IMG/VR virus record: IMGVR_UViG_3300014913_000007
Span: 32,001 to 96,000 of that record
Source of the DNA: a virus
Direction: 5' to 3' (one strand)
Length of the DNA: 64,000 nucleotides
Shown: piece by piece, positions 1-10,023 of the stretch
Numbering within the stretch: the first letter of the stretch is position 1
Layout of the letters: each line of letters opens with the position of its first letter
Position numbers and translations under genes: made by a program
Notes under the pieces: generated by a model
Databases searched by the model: none
What the model was told of the DNA's origin: nothing
The model's input: the letters and a program-made list of their open reading frames with translations, nothing else

Positions 1-161
1 ATGATTATGCGTAGTATGGGAGGGTTGGACTGTGATAGTAGGGAGGAGATGCGTAAACTTGCTAAGAAGTTGAAAGTTCAATTACTGTTAGAAGTAATTG
101 ACACTCCAGATGATGTTCAAATAGTAATTAAAGAAGGAAAGGTATTCCAGGATAAAAGATA

Positions 162-422
162 ATGAGTAGTACTAAACGAGCAATTAGAAAAGCAGTAACC
201 TCGTGGTTTGGTATGGAAAGTCCTAATGGTACTTATTTCTTTAACCTAACTAGAGTAAAAAGCTCAGCATCTTATGGTACTATGACTTTAAAAGACTTCG
301 AAGAAGTAACAGAAAAGCAGATTGATGAATTAACTGAAGCTATCTGGGAGGAACTTATAGCAGAAGTCAGAGGAAATGAAAGTCTAGATTTGGACCTTAA
401 AAAATCCATGTGGCCAAAGTAA
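162..422 (+). CDS. hypothetical phage protein
   Basis: 86-aa ORF in a co-directional gene run. Confidence 0.6.
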   Translation: MSSTKRAIRKAVTSWFGMESPNGTYFFNLTRVKSSASYGTMTLKDFEEVTEKQIDELTEAIWEELIAEVRGNESLDLDLKKSMWPK

Positions 423-438
423 CTGGAGAACTACTTAA

Positions 439-693
439 ATGTCAAGCAAGATACTAGCCAAATTTAAAGCAGAGGAAAAAGCATTTAAAAAGAAGCAACT
501 AAAGAAGAAACAAGAACTTGTACACAATATGTATAAAGATCTACTTCCTGAGCAACAAGAATTCTTAAATAAAGTTTTTAAAGTAAATTATCCTAAATGT
601 AAAACTAAAGATGTAGATAATGTCTTGGCATTAATGGAAAGAACTATTAAAAAAACATTGAAAAGGCTAGTCCTTTGTTGGCAAACATATTAA
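439..693 (+). CDS. hypothetical basic protein
   Basis: 84-aa ORF, GGAG upstream. Confidence 0.6.
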   Translation: MSSKILAKFKAEEKAFKKKQLKKKQELVHNMYKDLLPEQQEFLNKVFKVNYPKCKTKDVDNVLALMERTIKKTLKRLVLCWQTY

Positions 694-711
694 GAAATTT
701 TGAGGAAATAG

Positions 712-1080
712 ATGAAGGATAAACATACAAAGCACTTTAACCTAGCTAAAAGATTAGCTAAAAAGTCTAATCATCCTAGATATCAAATGAGCTGTGTAAT
801 AGTGAAAGGAAACACTATAATAAGTACTGGGTATAATCAGCTCAAAACGCACCCCAAATCCCCTCACAAGTGGAACATGATACATGCTGAGTTTGCTGCC
901 GTTTTAGGCACTCCTGCTGCCCAGTTACGAGGATCTACAGTGTATGTATACAGAGAGCTTAAGAACGGAGAATCAGCTCTAGCGAAGCCTTGTAAGTCCT
1001 GTATGAAGATGCTTTCTGATTGTGAAATTAGTAGAGTTTTTTATTCAACAGCTAATGGATACGACAGTATTGAATATTAG
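712..1080 (+). CDS. zinc-dependent cytidine/dCMP deaminase family protein
   Basis: HAE and PCKSC zinc-binding motifs. Confidence 0.85.
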   Translation: MKDKHTKHFNLAKRLAKKSNHPRYQMSCVIVKGNTIISTGYNQLKTHPKSPHKWNMIHAEFAAVLGTPAAQLRGSTVYVYRELKNGESALAKPCKSCMKMLSDCEISRVFYSTANGYDSIEY

Positions 1081-1091
1081 TTAAAATAAAG

Positions 1092-1119
1092 CTAAAGTTT
1101 TATTATAAAGTGACGATAT
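1092..1119 (+). promoter_or_regulatory. sigma28/FliA-like promoter
   Basis: TAAA-N15-GACGATAT; ATG 7 nt downstream (probably leaderless). Confidence 0.65.
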
Positions 1120-1126
1120 TACTATT

Positions 1127-1426
1127 ATGACAGATTTTACATTTGATGCCTCATATGTCTCTGTACTTCCTGCTAGATGTAAGGATGAAGTCTCAGTAGA
1201 AGTTAGTGGTGCAGACGAAGACGAAATAATGAATCAGATTGATATAGGAAATGCAATAAATCATTACGGAGAGTCAGATATACTTGGTAAAATGGGAGCT
1301 TCTACAGTAGTCTCAGAATCTGATATAGGAGACTTGTTATCTGAAATGGAGACTGGAGACATTCTAGATTATGTAGGTATATCAGAAATAGAAGAATGGT
1401 TAAGAAATAAAGGATTACTAATTTAG
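1127..1426 (+). CDS. small acidic protein with ~9-residue periodicity
   Basis: D/E-rich 99-aa ORF right after the promoter motif. Confidence 0.7.
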   Translation: MTDFTFDASYVSVLPARCKDEVSVEVSGADEDEIMNQIDIGNAINHYGESDILGKMGASTVVSESDIGDLLSEMETGDILDYVGISEIEEWLRNKGLLI

Positions 1427-1546
1427 TATAGTAGGACAGATATGAAACCTCCAAAATAAAAGATTCAGAAGCAACTGAATTTGATTCTAACGATCAATAT
1501 CGTTCTAAATGCGAATATAATATTAAACTTATGGAAAAAGAGTAAC

Positions 1547-2434
1547 ATGTCAATACAAAGCCTATCCATAGTAGTTCCTAATAAGAAATGTATTAATAAA
1601 TGTAAGTTCTGTGTATCTAGAATGCATGATGCAGATGAATATGAGAATATGATTACAGGCAGGAATTTATACTTTGACCGATATATGAGTGATTTCATAC
1701 AACGATTGGAATATGCTAGAGATAATGGATGTCAGACTGTAATCCTTACCGGAGATACTGAGCCTCAACAGAACTGGGAGTTCTTAAAACTGTTTGCTAT
1801 CTTTAATAAGATGTCTAAGAATCCTTTCAAGCAGGTGGAGATGCAAACCTCTGGGACTCTCCTAGATGATGGCTATTTGTACTTCTTAAGACACCATGTA
1901 GGAGTTACTACTATAGCTCTATCTACTGCTAATGTATTCAACCAAGAAAAGAACTTTGAAATACAGCAAACCCCTGAGAAATATCAATTTGATGTTGACT
2001 ATCTTTGTAGCAGAATAAAAACCTATAGATTTACCTTAAGAATCTGTTTGAACATGACTAACACGTATCAAACTAAAGCTGGATATCCACACCCTGAAGA
2101 TTATTTTAATAAAGTCGAAGAGCTAGGTGGAAACCAGATCACTTTTAGAAAGATGTATACTTCTGGCAATGACACTAATCAAGATCATTGGATTGATAGT
2201 CATCAGTTCGAGGAGGGATTTTTTAAAGAGATAGCAACTTTTATTAAAACTGGGGGTAGTTTACTTAGAGTACTAGATTATGGTCAGCTGTGTTACTCGG
2301 TAAAGGGGATGTCTACTGTAGTAGACGATGATTGTATGTCTCAGATACCAAAAAAAGATTTAAAGTATCTTATTTTAAGACCTGATTGTAAATTATACTC
2401 TCAGTGGGATGATAAGGGAAGTTTAATATTTTAA
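1547..2434 (+). CDS. radical SAM protein
   Basis: CINKCKFC (CxxxCxxC) and ILTGDTEP; start taken at ATG 1547 rather than TTG 1481. Confidence 0.85.
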   Translation: MSIQSLSIVVPNKKCINKCKFCVSRMHDADEYENMITGRNLYFDRYMSDFIQRLEYARDNGCQTVILTGDTEPQQNWEFLKLFAIFNKMSKNPFKQVEMQTSGTLLDDGYLYFLRHHVGVTTIALSTANVFNQEKNFEIQQTPEKYQFDVDYLCSRIKTYRFTLRICLNMTNTYQTKAGYPHPEDYFNKVEELGGNQITFRKMYTSGNDTNQDHWIDSHQFEEGFFKEIATFIKTGGSLLRVLDYGQLCYSVKGMSTVVDDDCMSQIPKKDLKYLILRPDCKLYSQWDDKGSLIF

Positions 2435-2795
2435 AGGAATGTTATGAATATAAAATTAAAAATAACTAGAGCTGCTGCTATAGCTAAAATAGTAACTATG
2501 GTTGTAAAATCTAAAGATAGCTTTATAGAAAACTTATTGGCTTATATTTTTAGAGATACTTCCTATACTTTTAACATAGTTATTAGGGAGCGTGATAATG
2601 AAACTCTAAAGGAGTTAGAATAGTGGTAAAAAGGTATACTGAAGAATTGAAAGAACTGCTTATTGCTATGATATTGGGTAATATCTCTATCTGGATATCT
2701 CATGACCTATCAGGGTTTGAATGGTTACGTGCAAACTATCGGTATACCTGTAGTTATACTTTATCTTATTATTCAATGTAAAGCAAAGAGGTACA

Positions 2796-3047
2796 ATGGT
2801 ATTTAAAAAAGAAGATTTCTATCCCTGTGAGATATGTGGTAGAAAAACACATAATAATTTAGTTATGGACATTCCTTGCTCAATATGTGACGATAATACG
2901 GTTGAGTGCTGTATTTATTGTGTGAATAGTAATCATCCATTACTGGAGGCATGTTATGTATGTGAACAAATGGCAGACGATTTACTATACCAGGAACAGT
3001 TGGAGAAACTGGAAGCAGCAAAAAAGAAAAGAAGGAAAAAGAAATGA
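2796..3047 (+). CDS. Cys-rich putative zinc-binding protein
   Basis: four CxxC pairs. Confidence 0.6.
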   Translation: MVFKKEDFYPCEICGRKTHNNLVMDIPCSICDDNTVECCIYCVNSNHPLLEACYVCEQMADDLLYQEQLEKLEAAKKKRRKKK

Positions 3048-3056
3048 GTGCTATCT

Positions 3057-3872
3057 TTAAGTAGTCTTATTTAATCTCCACTTACGGGTTTTTATTGAGG
3101 AGCTAGTCCTTGTTAATTTCTTCTCTAATTCGGCTATGGTTAGTTCTTCAGACAAAATTAAGAGGTCTTCCCAACCTTCCCACGTTTTACAAGAGTATAG
3201 TCTTCTATTTGCAGTTCTTTTCCAATTTTTAAGCTTTAGGTATGCGTTATGCTTACGATCTAAACAAGTACAACAGTTTGCATATAGTAGCTCAGAAAAT
3301 TTAACAGCTGCTTCATCGTATATACAGATGTTGTAAGCGTCATCTCTAACATTCCTGGATATGTTTAACTCTATTCCTATAACATCTATTAGAGTACCTA
3401 CTAAGTACTCCTTTAATCTTTCTGACTTGGTACATAGGGACATAAAGGCCCTGTTATTAGAAGTTATTCCTAAGGAACCATCTCCATCATATATCCCTCT
3501 AAGATAGTCTGGTTGAAACTTTACTACAGGTGGAGTAATTGTCTCACTTTTTCTGCCTACTGGTATAAATGGAGTAAAATACTTCTTTAAAAAGTCTTTT
3601 GTATTAATATTAATTGCTACACTTTTGTAATCTTTTTTAAAGTTTGTATCTCTAGTTCTATAGTACTTGGTAACATGTACAATAGGACTCAGGATTTCTT
3701 CTATTTTATTTATAACATCTAAATCTCTAATAGATATCTCTAGGGATAGCTTATATTTATCTTTATCCTTAAACTTATAAAGACTTCCATCAGTTTGAAA
3801 TAAACCCAGTAAGTACAGATGGTTATTATCTAATAGTCTCATAATAGTAAATATTATAGCAAATTTAAACAT
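3057..3872 (-). CDS. free-standing double-motif LAGLIDADG homing endonuclease
   Basis: YLLGLFQTDGS and YLRGIYDGDGS motifs; inserted opposite to its neighbours. Confidence 0.85.
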   Translation of the reverse strand: MFKFAIIFTIMRLLDNNHLYLLGLFQTDGSLYKFKDKDKYKLSLEISIRDLDVINKIEEILSPIVHVTKYYRTRDTNFKKDYKSVAININTKDFLKKYFTPFIPVGRKSETITPPVVKFQPDYLRGIYDGDGSLGITSNNRAFMSLCTKSERLKEYLVGTLIDVIGIELNISRNVRDDAYNICIYDEAAVKFSELLYANCCTCLDRKHNAYLKLKNWKRTANRRLYSCKTWEGWEDLLILSEELTIAELEKKLTRTSSSIKTRKWRLNKTT

Positions 3873-3886
3873 TTTTGTTAAATTTA

Positions 3887-3915
3887 CTAAAGTTTTGTGA
3901 TATACTGGTCGATAC
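3887..3915 (+). promoter_or_regulatory. sigma28/FliA-like promoter
   Basis: TAAA-N16-GTCGATAC upstream of rtcB. Confidence 0.6.
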
Positions 3916-3945
3916 TAACTATAGGATTTAAAATTAGAGAATAGT

Positions 3946-5133
3946 ATGACAGTTTTTAAGTTTAAAAAAGACAATATGAAAGTCCCATGTTTTATATGGC
4001 ACAATATGCGAACTTTTGATAAACAGGCATTGCAGCAAATAATTACTGCATCTAAATTACCTTTCATATTCCATCACACCTGTGTAATGGCTGACGGGCA
4101 CAAAGGGTATTCATTACCTATAGGAGGCGTAGTGGCCTGCTTAGGAGTAGTGTCTCCAGCTATGGTAGGTTTCGACCAAGGATGCGGTATGTTAGCTGTG
4201 AAAACAGGAATAAAGATTACTGAATTGAATAGAGAACTGTTAATTCGAATAAAAAAGTTAATAGAAACCCATGTTCCAGTAGGATTAGGTACTTATAACC
4301 AAACTCCACAGGAGTGGGAGGGATTTAACAATACACCAGATGATGTGGTAATTCAGAAACAACTACAATCTGCACGTTTCCAGTTGGGATCACTTGGATC
4401 GAATAATCACTTTTTAGAGATACAATCAGGTTCTGATGGTTACATTTGGTATATGATTCACTCTGGAAGTAGAAATCTAGGACATAAAGTAGCTACCCAC
4501 TACAACAAACTGGCCTTAAATTTAAATAAAAAATGGCATTCAGATATAAAAAGATTAAAAGGTGATGAACCTATGTCTTTCTTACCAGTAGACACTCAAG
4601 AAGGAGTGGATTTTATAACAGCTCTAGATTTTACATTAAAGTTCGCTCAAGCTAGTAGAGAGAATATGTCTAATAAGATTCAAGGTTGTATTACACAGGT
4701 ACTTAAATGTACATTTGAAAAACCTATAAATATACACCATAACTATGCAGCTCTAGAGAATCATTATGGTAAAAACGTTTGGGTACATCGGAAAGGGGCT
4801 ACTTCTGCTAAGAAAGGGCAATTGGGAATCATACCTGGATCTCAAGGCACTAAATCTTTTATAGTTAGAGGAAAGGGAAGTCAGGAGTCATTCACTTCCT
4901 GTAGTCACGGAGCTGGGAGAATTCTTGGAAGAAAGAAAGCAAAACAAACACTAAAGTTAAATGAAGAGTTGAAATTACTAGAAGATAAGGGAATCTTACA
5001 TTCAATAAAATCCAAGGCTAACTTGGATGAGTCACCTTCCGCTTACAAAGACATAGATATAGTCATGAAAGCGCAAAAAGACTTGGTAGATATAGTTGTA
5101 GAATTATCCCCTTTAGCAGTAGTTAAGGGCTAA
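3946..5133 (+). CDS. rtcB: RtcB family RNA 3'-phosphate/5'-OH ligase
   Basis: DGHKGYSLPIGG, VGFDQGCG, NH, HSGSR, HHNY, HRKGAT, SHGAGR motifs. Confidence 0.95.
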   Translation: MTVFKFKKDNMKVPCFIWHNMRTFDKQALQQIITASKLPFIFHHTCVMADGHKGYSLPIGGVVACLGVVSPAMVGFDQGCGMLAVKTGIKITELNRELLIRIKKLIETHVPVGLGTYNQTPQEWEGFNNTPDDVVIQKQLQSARFQLGSLGSNNHFLEIQSGSDGYIWYMIHSGSRNLGHKVATHYNKLALNLNKKWHSDIKRLKGDEPMSFLPVDTQEGVDFITALDFTLKFAQASRENMSNKIQGCITQVLKCTFEKPINIHHNYAALENHYGKNVWVHRKGATSAKKGQLGIIPGSQGTKSFIVRGKGSQESFTSCSHGAGRILGRKKAKQTLKLNEELKLLEDKGILHSIKSKANLDESPSAYKDIDIVMKAQKDLVDIVVELSPLAVVKG

Positions 5134-5335
5134 TTTAATCTGAAACATCCTCAAAGCAAGTACATTGATAATACAAACTTGGATCTACCTCTCCAGTTTC
5201 TTCGTTATACATCCAGGGCCTACCAACTTCTTTTGGGTATCCACATTTTTCACATTTATCTAGATAGCCAAAGAATACAACACTATTGTATAACTTAGTC
5301 AAAAATAATTTTATCATTAACTTAGTATATCAGAG

Positions 5336-6040
5336 TTAAGCTAGAGGATCAACTGCTATGTCCATTGCTGCCTCTGTGATAGTTTCTAAAACTCTCATAC
5401 AATTACCAAGCTTTTTAGCTCTTAGACATTCCTCTACTTCTCGTAATTTATTACTGAAGTTTATAAATCCTAAGGTTCCAGTAAATCCTATTAAACTATG
5501 AGTTAACCTTGCTGCTTTATCCCAATTACCTAAATCTACTGCCCTTCTGATTCTATACAGTTCAGTAGGTAAGTCCTCCTTACGAAGGTTTATAAGTTCT
5601 ATAAGTTTTTCAGGTAGATTATCAAGGTCTCCAGAGGTTGCATAGGTACATACTGTAAGATTCTTAGGCTCTACTTCAAGTTGCGGGAAGGCAGTTTTTA
5701 GAACTTCAAATAAATTCTTGTTTTCTAAAGGTTTATTTAGTACACCAGTAAATCCACGCTTTAGGTACTTTTTATTATCCAACTCAGCGGTCCAAGCTAT
5801 TATAGGACTAGTAACTCCTGCTTTTTTAGAGGCTCTTACTACACTTTCACCTGATGCGCCTCCTAATTGTAAGTCTACAAATGCTATGTCAAACTGTTTA
5901 GTAACTAACTGTTCTAATGCTTCTTTTGCGTTATCCACTTCCATTACTAAGGCCCCCATAGCACTTAGACGTTCTTCTAGGACGACCCTATTTACTTCGA
6001 TATCGTCTACTATTAGTACTCTCTTGTCATCTATTCGCAT
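5336..6040 (-). CDS. receiver (REC) plus HPt phosphotransfer protein
   Basis: VLIVDD, FDIAFVD, KP receiver motifs; C-terminal helical domain with HSLIG. Confidence 0.8.
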   Translation of the reverse strand: MRIDDKRVLIVDDIEVNRVVLEERLSAMGALVMEVDNAKEALEQLVTKQFDIAFVDLQLGGASGESVVRASKKAGVTSPIIAWTAELDNKKYLKRGFTGVLNKPLENKNLFEVLKTAFPQLEVEPKNLTVCTYATSGDLDNLPEKLIELINLRKEDLPTELYRIRRAVDLGNWDKAARLTHSLIGFTGTLGFINFSNKLREVEECLRAKKLGNCMRVLETITEAAMDIAVDPLA

Positions 6041-6047
6041 AAGTATA

Positions 6048-6076
6048 GTATCGACAGCTTTGAAAAAAAACTTTAG
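6048..6076 (-). promoter_or_regulatory. sigma28/FliA-like promoter
   Basis: minus strand TAAA-N16-GTCGATAC; ATG 7 nt downstream. Confidence 0.6.
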
Positions 6077-6397
6077 ATGTTTGTAAAAATTAATTTAATG
6101 ATGTATACTAAAAGTATGGAATTAGATAGCTTAATTCAAAAAATGATCGAGATAGAGCTTAATAAAACAAGTAGTATTCCTTGGTACTTAGCTTCATATT
6201 TCCTGAAATTAAATCCAGGAGTTTCACTATTTCATAGTAATGAAGGTGACAGTCTAACCAGGGAGTTAAGCTATAACACAGTCACAAACGAAATAGACTA
6301 TATTTTGTGGAACAAGAACAAGTACCTAGATAAGGGATCTTTAAATCACTTCCCTTTAGCGACAAGTACATATAGATTACTTAAAACTAAACAATAA
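6077..6397 (+). CDS. hypothetical protein
   Basis: ORF; true start may be a later ATG. Confidence 0.5.
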   Translation: MFVKINLMMYTKSMELDSLIQKMIEIELNKTSSIPWYLASYFLKLNPGVSLFHSNEGDSLTRELSYNTVTNEIDYILWNKNKYLDKGSLNHFPLATSTYRLLKTKQ

Positions 6398-6401
6398 ATA
6401 G

Positions 6402-6430
6402 CTAAAGCTTTAGAGGGTCAGCGACGATAT
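6402..6430 (+). promoter_or_regulatory. sigma28/FliA-like promoter
   Basis: TAAA-N16-GACGATAT; ATG 6 nt downstream. Confidence 0.6.
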
Positions 6431-6436
6431 ACTGGT

Positions 6437-7771
6437 ATGGAACTTGAAAAAGTATTAAAATTACCTAATATACTCACCTTAAAAAAGATATTAGGTGTAA
6501 CTGCTGATTTACACCTAGTAGGTGGAGCTGTACGTGACATTCTTCTAGATAGAACCCCTAAAGACTTCGACTTTGCCACAGCTCTAACACCTGATGAAAT
6601 GATTCACATGCTTCAGATCAATTCAATAAGATGGATTCCGGTAGGTATTAGACGAGGTACGCTTGCTATAGTAATTAAGGGCGAAGTGTTTGAAGTTACA
6701 ACTTTTAGAGATCCTAGTCAAGAAACACAATTTACTAGCTCTATTGAAGAAGATCTCCCAGCTAGAGATTTTACAATTAATGCCATAGCTATCTCATTAA
6801 ATACTGGTAAATTAGTGGATCCTTTTAGGGGTGAAGAAGACTTAAAAAATAATGTGCTCAAAGCTGTAGGGAATCCAGAGAGGCGGTTTATGGAAGATCC
6901 TCACAGGATTTTAAGAATGCTACGGTTTGGTATAGGTCAAAATAGAAAAGTTGATCAAAAAACTAAAGTAACCGCCTATAAACTAGCTACATTAGTGGAA
7001 GGAATAAGTATTGAAAGAATAAGAGATGAGTTATCAAAAATACTAATAACCGATAATGCTTCAGAGGCATTTAAAGAACTTCTGGAAATGGGAATTCTTA
7101 ATATGTTCATACCTGAGCTTGTCTCTACTGTAAATATAAAACAAAATAAATGGCACTTATGGGACGTTTTTACACATATATTAAAAGTAGTAGATCTATG
7201 TCCAAAAGATAAGATAACTAGATTAGCAGCACTACTACATGATGTAGGTAAACCTCTATGCATATCTGAAGATGAAAATGGTAGGCACTTCCTGGAACAT
7301 GAGACTGTCAGTGCGAAGCTAGCAGAAGTTGTACTTAAGAGGCTTAAATTTCCAAGCAGGGAGATTGCAGAAGTAGTTACCTTGATACGAGAACACATGC
7401 GACCCATAGAGAACTGTAAGGGAAAAGCTATACGTAAAACTATGGTGAAGGTAGGAGATTTATTTCCAAAGTGGTTGGATCATAAGAAAGCTGACAAACT
7501 TGGTGGAATTAAAGGTTTAGATCCTGAAGCATTTGAAGTAGAGTGGAATGCGTTTTTAGCTAAAGTTACCCAAGAGCAGGAGAGGAAGCAAACTAGTAAG
7601 TTTGATAGTCTGGAAATATCTGGTAGAGATATTATGGCATTAGGAGTAGCTCAGGGACCTAATGTAGGAATTATCCTTTCAAAGCTGCAAGAGATAGTTA
7701 TAGATGATCCAGATTTTAATCAAAGAAGAGTGTTGATAGTCTTAGCTAGGAGAATTATCAATGGTCAGTAA
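6437..7771 (+). CDS. cca: tRNA nucleotidyltransferase (CCA-adding family) with HD domain
   Basis: VGGAVRD, DFD, RDFTINA, EDPHRILR, ERI, LLHDVGKP. Confidence 0.9.
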   Translation: MELEKVLKLPNILTLKKILGVTADLHLVGGAVRDILLDRTPKDFDFATALTPDEMIHMLQINSIRWIPVGIRRGTLAIVIKGEVFEVTTFRDPSQETQFTSSIEEDLPARDFTINAIAISLNTGKLVDPFRGEEDLKNNVLKAVGNPERRFMEDPHRILRMLRFGIGQNRKVDQKTKVTAYKLATLVEGISIERIRDELSKILITDNASEAFKELLEMGILNMFIPELVSTVNIKQNKWHLWDVFTHILKVVDLCPKDKITRLAALLHDVGKPLCISEDENGRHFLEHETVSAKLAEVVLKRLKFPSREIAEVVTLIREHMRPIENCKGKAIRKTMVKVGDLFPKWLDHKKADKLGGIKGLDPEAFEVEWNAFLAKVTQEQERKQTSKFDSLEISGRDIMALGVAQGPNVGIILSKLQEIVIDDPDFNQRRVLIVLARRIINGQ

Positions 7772-8651
7772 TATAAAGTTACTCCACGATAAAAAGTTAA
7801 TTACTCCTCCTAAATTCTTAGTAAAGAACGTACATTATGAAACTATTATAGGATCTATGGCTTATGGAGTGAATAAGGACGATTCTGATTATGATGTTTA
7901 CGGTATATGTATACCTCCTAAGGATATAGTGTTCCCGCATTTACAGGGAATTATACCAGAATTTGATGACTCTTATATCAAATTCGATCAGTGGCAAGAA
8001 CATCATATAATTGATGACAGTACTTCTAGGGAGTATGATTTTACAGTTTATAATGTGGTGAAGTTTTTCAAACTTGCCTCAAAATGTGTACCAAACATAG
8101 TTGATTCTCTTTTCACTCCTACTAACTGTGTATTACATCTGAGTAGGGTAGGTAATATAATCAGGGAGGATAGAAAACTATTTCTATGTAAGAAGATCTA
8201 TCATTCATACAGTGGATACGCATATCAGCAGTTGAGTAAGGCTAAAAAAGGTTCTAATAAAAGCAATCCTAAAAGGAAAAAAAGTATAGAAACTTATGGA
8301 TATGACGCAAAATTCTGCTATCATATTATTAGATTGGTAAACCAGGCAGAACAAATGTTAGTAGAGGGAGATTTAGATCTTCAGGCTAGTAGAAAGCAAT
8401 TAATGTCTGTAAGGAATGGAGAGTGGACTTTCGAACAAATAGAAGATTACTTTGAAAGTATTAGAATTAAGCTTTCTAACTTATATCAAACTTCTAATGC
8501 TTTGCCTGAAAAGATACAAAAAACTAAAATTAAAAATCTCCTATTAAAAGTTCTTGAAGAGAATTATGGATCAATAGATCAATGTGTTAAGATTTTAGAC
8601 AAAGATACTACTATTTTAAATCAAATACAAGAATTACTAAAAGGTAGGTAA
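7761..8651 (+). CDS. RlaP-like (pol-beta fold) nucleotidyltransferase
   Basis: GSMAYG..DSDYD motif; GYDAKFCYHIIRL. Confidence 0.8.
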   Translation: MVSNIKLLHDKKLITPPKFLVKNVHYETIIGSMAYGVNKDDSDYDVYGICIPPKDIVFPHLQGIIPEFDDSYIKFDQWQEHHIIDDSTSREYDFTVYNVVKFFKLASKCVPNIVDSLFTPTNCVLHLSRVGNIIREDRKLFLCKKIYHSYSGYAYQQLSKAKKGSNKSNPKRKKSIETYGYDAKFCYHIIRLVNQAEQMLVEGDLDLQASRKQLMSVRNGEWTFEQIEDYFESIRIKLSNLYQTSNALPEKIQKTKIKNLLLKVLEENYGSIDQCVKILDKDTTILNQIQELLKGR

Positions 8652-8653
8652 GT

Positions 8654-8917
8654 ATGCATGATCTTATAACAGAGATAATCGGTTGGATAGGAGCTGGATT
8701 ACTAAGTTTATGTGGAGTTCCTCAGCTAATAAAAACATATAAAACAAAAACAACTAAAGGATTATCTTTCGGTATGTTACTTTGTTGGCTGTTAGGTGAA
8801 ATATTTATGGTAACTTATATTATATTGACAGCCTTCGAATGGCCATTACTAGTTAACTTCTCTACGAATATTCTAATAGTCGCCCTAACGGTTATATTGT
8901 ATATTAGGTATAAATAA
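8654..8917 (+). CDS. SemiSWEET / PQ-loop membrane protein
   Basis: three TM helices, IGWIG..PQLIKTYKTK..GLS. Confidence 0.85.
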   Translation: MHDLITEIIGWIGAGLLSLCGVPQLIKTYKTKTTKGLSFGMLLCWLLGEIFMVTYIILTAFEWPLLVNFSTNILIVALTVILYIRYK

Positions 8918-8936
8918 ATAAATAAATAAATAAACT

Positions 8937-9428
8937 CTAAGAATAGGTAAGCTTTTCTACAATCAAAGGTATTTCATTTACAGTCTCAGGAAATTTGCGC
9001 TTTTTAGTCCTAACTAGTAACTTGACGGCCTCTTCTCCAGTGGCTGTAAAACTATGTAACGTCTTTACTATGAACATACCTGTAAACTGCCTAACCTGTA
9101 CAAGTGCTTCTACGGCCTTCATACTAGGTCTATATTTGTCTAGATCGGTTTTACTTCTGAAGATTCTATAATCTGCTATATCAAATATATTTGCCAATTC
9201 TTTTGCTCTTTTTATACCAATCCTTTCCTTAGATTCTAACCTACGCAGGGCAGAAACTCTCTTAATTCCTAACAAATTAGCTAATTGGTGTACATTCCAG
9301 CCTTTTGTGACTCTAAAAGCCTTTATTATGTAACCACTAAAGGGCTTTCCTTGCAACTTCTCCGTTGATATTAAATCCCAAGGAGTATTATGAACTAAAT
9401 TACGTTTATCGTCCAATCTAAGGATCAT
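8937..9428 (-). CDS. XRE-type HTH protein
   Basis: GWNVHQLANLLGI..LRRLE..RAKELANIF. Confidence 0.6.
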   Translation of the reverse strand: MILRLDDKRNLVHNTPWDLISTEKLQGKPFSGYIIKAFRVTKGWNVHQLANLLGIKRVSALRRLESKERIGIKRAKELANIFDIADYRIFRSKTDLDKYRPSMKAVEALVQVRQFTGMFIVKTLHSFTATGEEAVKLLVRTKKRKFPETVNEIPLIVEKLTYS

Positions 9429-9679
9429 CTTTCAGGTTTACACACTAGTACAGGTCTGATGAGTAGAATCCACATCCAAAACAAAACAAATGCCTTACCA
9501 TAAGTCAAAATGGGTAATCCAAAATCTGCCATTGTAAAATTCCAACCAAATTTAAATAACAAAGGAATACCAAGAACAAGGCTACCCATAACAAATAAAA
9601 ATAGTAGAGTATATACTAATATCAGCACTATCTCTAGTAAAGTAAAAATTACCTCGTCTCTTTCCATTCTTTTCCCCAA
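9425..9679 (-). CDS. small membrane protein
   Basis: two hydrophobic segments. Confidence 0.55.
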   Translation of the reverse strand: MGKRMERDEVIFTLLEIVLILVYTLLFLFVMGSLVLGIPLLFKFGWNFTMADFGLPILTYGKAFVLFWMWILLIRPVLVCKPER

Positions 9680-9943
9680 ACTTCAAAACAAGTCCTTAAA
9701 CCATTATTAAGTGTCTTAATTGGTCTAGATTTAATAACTCTAGAAATTCTAAATATAGCCTTATTGCCTCCACCTAATTTGATCTGTATTACTTTTCCAG
9801 GTAAAAACTTACTGGGTGTGGCTGTATTGAATAGGATTCTCTCTCCGCTTAGATTGCAAATAATTCTTTCTAACATAAATCCTCCTTACTTAAGTATCTA
9901 CTTAAATTATTATAGACTTTTTCAACTTTTACGTCAATAGCTC

Positions 9944-9972
9944 TTGCTATATTAATAAAAAAATGCTATTCT
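9944..9972 (+). promoter_or_regulatory. sigma70-like promoter for the S2 gene
   Basis: TTGCTA-N17-TATTCT with TG extension. Confidence 0.5.
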
Positions 9973-10023
9973 TAATAAGAATTAATTTTAACACTAAAAT
10001 AACCATGTGCAGGAAATTTAAAA

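Noticed and set aside
3057-3872. Intron- or intein-borne endonuclease
   Set aside because: Flanking genes are uninterrupted; it is free-standing on the opposite strand
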